This document shows, in pieces, positions 29,201 through 37,800 of a stretch of 41,838 bases of DNA (positions are counted from its first letter, which is position 1; each line of letters opens with the position of its first letter). Source of the DNA: a virus. Its lineage: Duplodnaviria > Caudoviricetes. The position numbers and the translations under genes are program-made. The notes beneath the pieces were generated by a model that saw nothing but the letters and a program-made list of their open reading frames with translations, made no database searches and was not told where the DNA came from. The DNA lies in IMG/VR virus record IMGVR_UViG_3300013829_000027, positions 1 to 41,838 of that record; one strand, written 5' to 3'.

Positions 29201-31938
29201 ACGTTTTCTCATTCGACGTGGAAACGGGAGACAGGATAGGAACAAAGTCGGTGTGGAATGCCGACGATTCGGAACTCTGGAAATTAGTCTCTCAGGCGTT
29301 CCCGAACGAAATAAAAGCGATGTATCAGCGTATCAGAAAGGATAATACGTTGAGTTACGATTCTGTTCTTTCCATTTTGAATGGTGAGCATTCTGATTTG
29401 TGGGCTGAGACCGTCTATAACGAGGACGGACAGTTCAAGTACATCGACCCTCTACTGGAAGATGGCAACGGCGCTTATCTTTATGCAGCACAGGGTTCTC
29501 GTTCTGAACACAGGAAATGGTGGCTGTTCAACCGTTTCAGGTATATGGATTCACGTTTCGACACTGGGGATTTCAAGGATGATTTCCTTACAATGAGGCT
29601 TTACACGCCATCGGGCGATCTTGCTGTTACTCCTGATGCCGATTTTACTATTGAGCCTTTTGCCTCACAGTACATACAAGCGAAATGGGGCTCATACATA
29701 AGTCACAGGAGAGTAAGACAAGGAGAAATAACCACCTTTCAGGCACCGGCGATTGTATTTAACGACACCGAGACAATCATTTATGGGGCAAGCTATATCC
29801 GCAGTATAGGAGACTTGTCGGGCAAGTATGCGGGCACTATCGACGTGAGCAAGGCAACTAAATTAACAGAATTGTTAATCGGAAGCGGGGTCGACGGATA
29901 TCAGAATACAAACTTGCAGACACTCCACGTCGGGAATAACAAGATGCTTCGCAAGATAGACGTCAGAAACTGTCCTAACCTGAAACAACCGCTCGATCTT
30001 TCCGGTTGTGACAACATCGAGGAAATATACGCACAGGGAACAGGGATAACGGGCGTTGAGTTGCGTGACGGAGGTATCGTCAAGCGGCTTCACTTGCCAG
30101 CTTCAGTTACAAATCTCAGGTTGGTTTCACAAAAGGAACTGACATTTAGTTTCTTAACTTTTGAGGATGCCTCCAACCTGGTTTCATTACGTATAGAGGG
30201 GTGTCCCAACATAAATGGATATGAGCTCTCAAAACTTACCGGCAGTTTGCAGATTCTCAGGCTAATCGGAATCAATGCAACAGACGTGGATTTACAGCAT
30301 CTATCCAGTCTGGCAAGGATGAAAGGAATTGATGAGAACGGGTTTGTTATAAACACGGCTGTTATCACAGGTCAGATACACGTAACGACAGCCCATGAGT
30401 CATTATTAGCTGCAGTACAGGCAGCATTTCCCAATCTGACAATAACGTATAATAATTATGTGTTAGACCCTACAAGAACAATAACAATTAAACGTGCGGC
30501 AAATAATTCCAATCTTGTAGGGGTTGATATAAGCGTAAACGGAGTTGTATATACTACGAACGCGCAGGGTCAGGTAGTGCTGAAAACATCAGAAGCGTTA
30601 AATATTGTCGTTAATGTTGAGGGGTACAAGGCTCAGACAGCAATTGTATCTGCGAGTAGTTCCAACACAAGCACCACGATAAGTCTTAATAATTTTGTTG
30701 TACTGACTTTAACTGTAAAAAATTCGATTGGGTGGTATTTGAACAATGCAAGAGTTTTATTTGATGGCGAAGAATACTTCACCAATCAGAACGGAGTTGT
30801 ACAAATAACCGCGGTAAAAGGGTCATATGAGACGACAATTTATCATAAGAACACATCTAAAACTCAATCAATTGTTGTCAATTATGTTGATTTGAGTGTG
30901 ACGGTTACTTTTACGGCTTCGGTTGAGGATATTTTGTTGTCCATGAAGCCTGAGACCAATGGTAACATATTGCTTACAGTTTTTACGGTGGATAATACGG
31001 AGGCAGGCAGAACAGTAGCTTTCTCTGCTATTAACGCTTCTGGAGCAATTGTTAACTGGGGTGACGGTTCTTCGGACACGATACTATCTGAAACTGTCTC
31101 GCACACTTATACAGATTTAGATTTTTACAACATCGAAGTTAGCGGGTGCCAAAATATTACAAAATTTGAAGAAGGAAATAGAGGGCAAAAACAAAGAACA
31201 GTTGCTTACTGGAGTATTGGAGATTCGAAAATTAGCAACATGAACTTTAATTTCCGCTATCTTGGAAGCTTTAGCAGTCTTGTTATTGTTGGAAGTGATA
31301 TATTTAAGAATGATACGCAGAGAACAAGTTTTCAGTACTGTTTTTACAGTTGCCGGAAGCTGGCAAATATTCCGTCCGACTTGTTTGAAAATTGCACCGA
31401 AGTGACAAATTTTTCAGAATGTTTCGTGGAATGCTACGCGCTTTCTATCCCGTCAGGGTTATTTGATAATTGCACAAAAGTAACAAGTTTCAGTCGCTGC
31501 TTTCAGGATACTAATTTTAGCTCCATACCGCAAGGATTATTTGATTATTGTACGGAAGTGACTGATTTTTTTGGCTGTTTTATGTACAGTCGTTTGATAG
31601 CCGCACCTAAAGGGTTATTTGATAATTGCACAAAAGTAACAAGTTTTTCTAGCTGCTTTTACCAATCATCTTCGTTGAAATATTTGGAAATTCCGCAGTT
31701 TTTACCCACATCATCCAAAAGCTCTATGCTTTTGTATGTAAGTTCGCTGGTGGCGGTTGTATCAAAGGCAGAAATCCCGGTTTCAATACCGTCTGGCTTA
31801 TTTTCGTCCAGCGAGAGCGGTAGTTTTAAAATATATGTTCCGGACGCTTCAGTGGATGCTTATAAGGCAGCAACTAATTGGAGCGCGTATGCAAGCAGGA
31901 TTTATCCATTATCACAAATACCACCAGAGTATGCTTAA
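26233..31938 (+). CDS. Giant virion protein: Ig-like repeats, LamG-like, CotH kinase-like, LRR, PKD-like, BspA-type LRR
   Basis: KTIEFAF...LFING (LamG); QGTSS..YPRKNFK, DQRAKN, FYDNDTCLG (CotH); LDLSGC..IEEI (LRR); NWGDGS (PKD); IP.GLFD.C..VT.F repeats; IYVPDASVDAYK. Confidence 0.75.
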   Translation: MATFEELIQQLIDHSNLIGTETKIGQNTNIRVGNLGHKVVELLSHIGNVNEKFLSRLTQDTAQELITFAMGLTAEDLSVFEKGIKSSFVLIEDESTQSIAQGVTESGDEPEESGTVAQMLTERFASTGGATTFGELLNVDDSFDTVNDGVYSLKKQNGNFYPIVGGGGGSTSRMTLIHKTGAVATVAYGRDYFIEFTFTSTVSGSDTGPGVVEYKVNNKLVGGGVLQQGDTTFNVGPYLLPGDNTLTVKVTDSYGTSRTITFGISTVIVQLTSTFDATQIYQGVVLFKFTPTGFGTMNIHILVDDLEVGLVTTTQSNRQLTYNIPALTHGAHLIRAFMTLDIDGASITSNELLYSIICVQAGNNTPIISSTFNQSEATQFDLVNIPYMVYDPTSLTAEIEYHVNGEKISDLVVDRKLQRWSYNFTQPGPHILMIRCGTVTKLFNIDVSESDISSIEETEGLQLKLLSYGRSNAESDRDRWQYGDISSVFSNFNFVSDGWTIDENGGTFLKVVGDAQLTIPFKIFGTDFKQNGKTIEFAFFTENVTDLDYVVLSCMSGNRGFEITPQNAIFKSEQSTITTQFKENEFVRISISIQQTAKQRLISLFINGILSGVTQYPASDSFLQLNPVNITVSGKKATIGLYAVRVYSTDLESWQVLNNHIFDFPDFSGKAFLFGRNRILGADSHISYNALVEQLPCMVVTGDLPTYKGDKKTCAVSFEDRKNPERSFRATNVQNDVQGTSSQYYPRKNFKMKFRDGFEMTLSGTHEDGFKTHPHTLPATVFTHKADFAEASGTHNTGVAKVVENLLKALNIKTPPQLIDDRVRTTVDGFAMAIFHRPDENSPATFIGKYNFNTDKAAENTFGFTSPAECWEVLNNTSDRVLFKSSEYASGEWLNDFEGRFPDGNEDYTNLKRMTDWVVSCIGNPAKFRTELPGYFHQDFLISYFVITELLAMVDQRAKNCFWTTFDTQIWLPIFYDNDTCLGINNEGVNVFSFDVETGDRIGTKSVWNADDSELWKLVSQAFPNEIKAMYQRIRKDNTLSYDSVLSILNGEHSDLWAETVYNEDGQFKYIDPLLEDGNGAYLYAAQGSRSEHRKWWLFNRFRYMDSRFDTGDFKDDFLTMRLYTPSGDLAVTPDADFTIEPFASQYIQAKWGSYISHRRVRQGEITTFQAPAIVFNDTETIIYGASYIRSIGDLSGKYAGTIDVSKATKLTELLIGSGVDGYQNTNLQTLHVGNNKMLRKIDVRNCPNLKQPLDLSGCDNIEEIYAQGTGITGVELRDGGIVKRLHLPASVTNLRLVSQKELTFSFLTFEDASNLVSLRIEGCPNINGYELSKLTGSLQILRLIGINATDVDLQHLSSLARMKGIDENGFVINTAVITGQIHVTTAHESLLAAVQAAFPNLTITYNNYVLDPTRTITIKRAANNSNLVGVDISVNGVVYTTNAQGQVVLKTSEALNIVVNVEGYKAQTAIVSASSSNTSTTISLNNFVVLTLTVKNSIGWYLNNARVLFDGEEYFTNQNGVVQITAVKGSYETTIYHKNTSKTQSIVVNYVDLSVTVTFTASVEDILLSMKPETNGNILLTVFTVDNTEAGRTVAFSAINASGAIVNWGDGSSDTILSETVSHTYTDLDFYNIEVSGCQNITKFEEGNRGQKQRTVAYWSIGDSKISNMNFNFRYLGSFSSLVIVGSDIFKNDTQRTSFQYCFYSCRKLANIPSDLFENCTEVTNFSECFVECYALSIPSGLFDNCTKVTSFSRCFQDTNFSSIPQGLFDYCTEVTDFFGCFMYSRLIAAPKGLFDNCTKVTSFSSCFYQSSSLKYLEIPQFLPTSSKSSMLLYVSSLVAVVSKAEIPVSIPSGLFSSSESGSFKIYVPDASVDAYKAATNWSAYASRIYPLSQIPPEYA

Positions 31939-32281
31939 CAGGACAATAACAGCAGGTAAGGGAAAAGTATTCAGAAGAATAGCAGACCAAACTATATGGG
32001 GCAAGGAAATACACTTGGGCTATACATACTACATTGGCGGCGTTCTTCTCGATGAACCTCTTGAAGAGTTGCCTGAACATTTCGAGGAAATAGATGAGCC
32101 AGTAACGGAAGAAACAATAATTCTTGATGAAGAGAAGGTAATGGAAGAAATCTTGCCAGAGACTCCTCAAGAACCCTTTCAGGAATCCAGTCATGTGGAG
32201 AAGGTTACCATTGCCGACTATAGAGCTTTGGAGGAAAAAGTAAATCAATTAATGAATATCATAAATGGCGGGGTTAAGTAA
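31931..32281 (+). CDS. Small tail-associated protein
   Basis: ATG at 31931 overlaps the upstream stop. Confidence 0.6.
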   Translation: MLNRTITAGKGKVFRRIADQTIWGKEIHLGYTYYIGGVLLDEPLEELPEHFEEIDEPVTEETIILDEEKVMEEILPETPQEPFQESSHVEKVTIADYRALEEKVNQLMNIINGGVK

Positions 32282-34148
32282 TACTGGTATAAGGGGGTTT
32301 ATAGCTTCGGCAAAATTCACCGGAAGTACCATACTCAAAAAAGGAAAAGAGATACCTGAAATGGTGGAACACTTTCTATCGGGGTTTGCCGGTTATGGGT
32401 GGAAGATATGGGAGTATGTTAAAGGAAAGTACATGCTTGAGATAGACTCAATCCGTGTACGTGGAACAATGACTGTTTTTGAACTTCTTATACAGAAGAT
32501 AAGGGCGGTGAAGGGTGCTCTCGGAATAACCCAGGGCAATGGTAAGATAAAGACAGTCGCTTTGTCCGATGATTCAACCGAGTTTCTTATAACCCTCGAA
32601 GATGAGATGAGTTTCCTCCCAGGAGATTTCATAAAGTGTCAGACATGGGCCGGGTCAGGTATAAAACACTACCATGTGCGGATTGATAATATTACCGATA
32701 ATTCCATAATCCACATTTTACTTGATGAATTCGATTGGGATTATGATGAGGATGGAGGGATAGTTGTTGAAAATGCTCCTGAGGTAGGTGATGAAATTGT
32801 TCAATTCGGAAATGACATGGACACTTCAAGGCAGTCTGCGATTTATATTCATGCGGATGAGAGTGGACAACCTGCTATTGATGTGATGTTTGGCATCAAC
32901 TCCAAGGATTGGTCCAACTGCGTCAAGATACGCCTCGGTGGAGATATTCCTGGCACAAATGGGTTGAAAGGTTTTTACGTGGAGAATGGGATGATAAAAG
33001 GCACAGATTCCACAGGACACGTTACTTATTGCATCTACCCGGACGGAACAGCCGAGTTCGCTGACAAAGCCGCCATTTTCAGACCTGACAGGAGCGGGCA
33101 CATCGCAGGGGGTGCAATAAATTGGGTTTATGATGAATCAGCAGGGAAGTATCGTTGCAACCTTAATGATGTTATCTTAAACTGGAACAATCTGTCAGAA
33201 GAAGTTCAACAGGAGATAAAACCTTATATCGGGAGTAATGGTAATTGGTGGATAGGTGATACAGATACAGGGCAAAAAGCTGATGGAGACCCCGGTCCCC
33301 AAGGGGAGAAAGGGGATAAAGGAGATAAGGGTGATGTTGGTGACGTAGGAAAAGATGGTTTGATAATCATTAAAGGGGAATGGTCTATAGGCACACAGTA
33401 TTACAACGACAGCAATTCAACAGCAGCACAAAGGTACCTGAGCGTTGCGATGGTCAAGGATAGCTCGATGAGCTCGGGGTGGAGAGCTTACAAGTGTTTG
33501 CAGACGCATGTTTCGACTGTAGGAAATGCACCGGGAAATACCTCTTATTGGGAGGAGTTCCCATTAAATGTAGCTGCAATATTCACATCATTGATAGTTG
33601 CGACAAACGCAGTCTTGGAGTTCACGACGACAAATAAGATTGTAGTTAAAAATGCGGATAACTCCATTTCTGCCGTTTTTGGAGGGGGTGATTACCCCAT
33701 TCTCGTTGGGTCTGATAATCCCGAAACGGCTAAATTCAGGGTGTTTAAAAATGGCACGACGGAGAGTGCCGGAGTATTCAGGGGTTCTTTTGGCTACAGA
33801 AATGCAGGCAATCCAACTCCCGGAGAATTAAGAGGAACGCAAAACGTGTATGTCAAGTACACGCCACCGTCTGGAGGAACAGTTTCTTTCACATTGCCGG
33901 GCGGGAATGCCCTGTTTGAAGGAACCGTTTTGAATTTGATGATTCCGGCTCACACGAGCGACTTTTATCTGACCGTCAATGACGGGGTTTACATCAATGG
34001 CTCAGATACCCTGTTTCAGTGCAGTGTGTTGTCAACGGATAAGTTTATCTGTTTACAGGTTATATGTTTCAAGAACGAGAACAATCAGTATATCTGGGAA
34101 GTACTTAATGCCTATTCAAAGGTACGTGGCACTATTGCAGCAACTTAA
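32265..34148 (+). CDS. Tail fibre protein with short collagen-like segment
   Basis: FLSGFAGYGW, LEIDSIRVRG..VFELLIQKIRA; PYIGSNGNWWIGDTDTG; (GXY)8 at 33285-33359. Confidence 0.7.
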   Translation: MAGLSNTGIRGFIASAKFTGSTILKKGKEIPEMVEHFLSGFAGYGWKIWEYVKGKYMLEIDSIRVRGTMTVFELLIQKIRAVKGALGITQGNGKIKTVALSDDSTEFLITLEDEMSFLPGDFIKCQTWAGSGIKHYHVRIDNITDNSIIHILLDEFDWDYDEDGGIVVENAPEVGDEIVQFGNDMDTSRQSAIYIHADESGQPAIDVMFGINSKDWSNCVKIRLGGDIPGTNGLKGFYVENGMIKGTDSTGHVTYCIYPDGTAEFADKAAIFRPDRSGHIAGGAINWVYDESAGKYRCNLNDVILNWNNLSEEVQQEIKPYIGSNGNWWIGDTDTGQKADGDPGPQGEKGDKGDKGDVGDVGKDGLIIIKGEWSIGTQYYNDSNSTAAQRYLSVAMVKDSSMSSGWRAYKCLQTHVSTVGNAPGNTSYWEEFPLNVAAIFTSLIVATNAVLEFTTTNKIVVKNADNSISAVFGGGDYPILVGSDNPETAKFRVFKNGTTESAGVFRGSFGYRNAGNPTPGELRGTQNVYVKYTPPSGGTVSFTLPGGNALFEGTVLNLMIPAHTSDFYLTVNDGVYINGSDTLFQCSVLSTDKFICLQVICFKNENNQYIWEVLNAYSKVRGTIAAT

Positions 34149-34159
34149 TAATATTAATC

Positions 34160-34354
34160 ATGAAAGTATTTACAATTTTTGCAATCATCTGGATTGCAGC
34201 GTTTACTGTCTTTTACTTCAGGAACAACAGGAAACAAGTATCGTGCGAAAGCGGTATTGGTGAAAAAAAGATGGATAAGCGCATCGTCTTGTTCGGAATA
34301 GGTTTTATGTTGTTCATTTACATCCTTACATGGATATTGGTTAAGTATGTGTAA
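34160..34354 (+). CDS. Small two-TM membrane protein
   Basis: Two hydrophobic stretches. Confidence 0.55.
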   Translation: MKVFTIFAIIWIAAFTVFYFRNNRKQVSCESGIGEKKMDKRIVLFGIGFMLFIYILTWILVKYV

Positions 34355-34679
34355 GGTTATTTATAATAGTATAATCCCTTTTAAGGGTTTTAAGGCAATT
34401 AATCTGTTCGGAATTATCTTTGCAAGGAAAGGCTCAGACATCAGTGAGCAAACAATCCGACATGAGAAGATTCATACCCGGCAGATGCTGGAGTTATTGG
34501 TTATTGGATTTTATGTCTGGTATATCATAGAATGGTTGATTAAATGGATTATTTACAAGAACCGGTTTCTGGCGTACCGAAATATTTCTTTTGAGCGTGA
34601 AGCTTATTTGAATGACATGAATTCGGATTATTTGATAAACAGAAAAAAATATGCTTTTCTGATTTTTTTTCGTACATAA
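34347..34679 (+). CDS. HExxH-containing membrane-associated phage protein
   Basis: HEKIHTRQ, TM segment, AYRNISFEREAY. Confidence 0.7.
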   Translation: MCKVIYNSIIPFKGFKAINLFGIIFARKGSDISEQTIRHEKIHTRQMLELLVIGFYVWYIIEWLIKWIIYKNRFLAYRNISFEREAYLNDMNSDYLINRKKYAFLIFFRT

Positions 34680-34811
34680 AATAATATAAGTGTTTGTAAT
34701 GTCCGGGCCGATGATGTTTTGGCAAAGTTTTATACTGCGCATAAGAAACTACGGTGCTCAGTAAGATGCTTGAACGCACATATCAAGAGGATGAAAAATA
34801 TGTAGGGCCCT

Positions 34812-34846
34812 GTCTTTTTCTACATTTTTACATAATCTTATTTTCG
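34812..34846 (+). promoter_or_regulatory. Putative late promoter copy 6 (GTCTTTT-N20-TATTTTCG)
   Basis: First 14 nt identical to copy 1; precedes the tape measure gene. Confidence 0.75.
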
Positions 34847-34862
34847 TTGAAAAATAGGATTT

Positions 34863-37800
34863 ATGAATACCAATACAGTTGTATTAACTACACTACTTAA
34901 CGGTGAGCAGGCCAAGAGGGAGTTAGACGATCTGAAAGTAAAGGCTAAAACTTTGGCTCTTTCCATTGATGATGCCCGGAAAGCCGGTAATCATACTTTT
35001 GCCAAAGAACTTACCCGCGATCTTGCTAAAACACGAAATGAAATGCGCGCGTTACAACGCCAAACCATTGATGTTAACAAGGTTCTGAATAATCTTTCAA
35101 CTGCAAAGCCGAAAGAACTTAAAAGCGTTTTATCATCACTAAATCAACAGCTTAATAGCGGAAACATAAAACGTGGTTCGCGTGAATGGGATCATTTGCA
35201 AACTAGCATAAGAAAAGTACGGAGCGAAATAAATAAAATTGCGGTAGAATCGCATGTCGCTGAAAGCCGTATGTCGCGAATGGCTAATGGATTTAACAAG
35301 TATTTTGCGGGAACCATGGCTATTATTGGAACAATAACGGGCGTTTCGTTCACGTTGCGGAAGCTTTCGGAAGATATGGCTAAGATGGACGATAAGTATG
35401 CCGATGTTTCAAAAACTACAGGGCTAGCACGTGAAGAAGTTGTTGCCTTGAATGAGGAATTTAAGAAAATGGATACCCGCACGGCCAGAGAGCAGCTTAA
35501 CGAATTGGCTCGCGATGCCGGAAAATTGGGTAAATCGGCACAGGATGAAGTGATGCAATTCGTGCGTGCCGGAAATCAGATAAATGTTGCCCTGGGTGAA
35601 GATCTTGGGGAAGGTGCCATCCGAAACATTGGCAAAATAACTGAAGTATTTAAACTTTCGACCAGAGAACTGGATGGAATGAACCTTGAACAACGCATGC
35701 TTGCAGTTGGATCAGCCATCAACGAGTTAGGACAAAGCAGTACAGCAAACGAAGCATATTTGGTAAACTTTACACAACGCTTAGGCGGAGTTGCTTCGCA
35801 GGCGGGAATATCGGTACAAGATATTTTGGGATATGCTTCTGCGCTTGATCAGAGCGGACAGGCAGTTGAGATGAGTGCTACTGCATTGCAGAAATTCATT
35901 ATGTCTGTTATGGGAGATCCGGCTAAATTTGCGCGGATTGCCGGTGTGGAAGTTAGCAAATTTAACCAGCTGCTCAAAACAGATACCAACGAGGCTATAA
36001 AAATGGTATTGAAATCGCTTTCGGAGAAAGGCGGTTTTCAGCAGCTTATTCCCGTTTTCCAAGAAATGGGCTTGAATGGTGCGCGTGCCGTGGGTGTGCT
36101 TTCTTCATTGGCTACCAATATTCATCTGGTTGATGAAGCGCAACGGATATCGAATGAGTCGTTCAGAGAAGGTACTTCGCTCACCAACGAATATAATGTG
36201 AAAAATAACAACTTGATGGCGCAACTGGAAAAACGTCGGAAGGAGTTTAAAGATGCAGCGCTTGAATTGGGTGAGCGCCTTAATCCGGCATTACTCAAAA
36301 GTACAAATTACGTTACTTATCTCATAAAGATATTACCGGGCGTGTTGGATTTTCTTGATAAATACGGCCCTACATTATTGAAAATTACTTCGTTAATTCT
36401 GGCTTATAATGTAGGAATAAAACTTCAGACAACCTGGATAAAATTAGCTTTGATTGAAAAAACAAAATTGTTTATTGCCAATCAGAAAGAAATTGCCCAG
36501 CAAACGATTTTAGCACTTCGTTTTGTCTTTACAAGCGGAAGTGCAAAACAGCTTAATACTTCGTTAAAAGCATTGTGGACAACCACTAAATTAAATCCTC
36601 TGGGCCTTTTGATCACTGTTATAACTGCAGTTGGATATGGTGTATATAAATGGTCGCAAAATAACGCGAAATTGCTTACTCAGCAATCAGCCATGATAAA
36701 TATAAATAAGCAAGTTGCGAACAGTGTTGGGCAGGAACGTGCTGAACTTGATATGCTGCTGGGAATTGCCAGGAATGAAAAGATTTCTAAAGATGAACGT
36801 CTGAAAGCTATCCGAAAACTAAATGAAATCTCACCGGAGTATCTTGGTAATCTGAATTTGGAGAACATAAATACCAACAGTGCTCGGATTGCAGTTGAAA
36901 AATATACCAAAGCCTTGATGGATAATGCCAGGCAGAAAGCTATCGGTGATAATATGAGCGAACTGTATTCCATACGACTTAAAAAGGAAGCTGAAATTAC
37001 AGAACAAAGAGCCAGGGCTGAAGGTGCGGGTTCTGAAATCAGAAATATTGTTGATAGGAAAATACAAAGCATTCAGCGGGAGATTGCTAATATTGATAAA
37101 CAAATTACTGTTTATCAGAATTTGAGCGATGCGCTGGCGGAAAATAAAACAGTGTCGGAAGACTCTTATGCTACGCGATGGCAGCAACTTGAGAAAGAGA
37201 AACAATTATTGGAAGATCTTAAAAAGCAACATGCTGACTTGTATAACGCACAGCAGCCTTCGGGAGTACTGAAGGATTCTGCCGGCCCTACGTGGGGCAC
37301 ACAAACTGATATCGATGGTAAAACTCAACTCGCTTTTCTTGCTGAACGAATTCAGCGCCAAAAAGCTATTGTTGCCGAAAAGGAAAAGGAGTTAAAAGCA
37401 ACTCGCGAAATCAAAAAGATTGAGAATGATTTTGAATATCAACCCGAATTTGATGAAAAAGAGTGGAAAAAGGAAAAAAAACGACGGGAAAATGAACTAA
37501 AAAAAGCTCATAGCCTTGAACTAAATGATATTAAAACAAAATTCATCGAAAAACGAATAACTGAAGAGCAATTTAATCGGGAGACTTATTTAGCAGAAGC
37601 TAGACATTTAATAGCCATGATTGCATTGAAAAAAAAGCTAAGCGAAGATACAACGGATTTAGAAACTCAGCTTACCGATAAACTGGTTAATGAAACCAAT
37701 CGTCGGTATAAGCTTTTGCAGGATGTTAAAGGCCAAATGGCCGACGGTGTGAAAACAGGCAAAGGAAAATATCGGGAGGAAGCTGTGGACGAAGATTATT

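Noticed and set aside
26233-34860. Diversity-generating retroelement acting on tail genes
   Set aside because: No reverse transcriptase ORF, and no TR/VR pair differing at adenines was seen; the only repeats are LRR units
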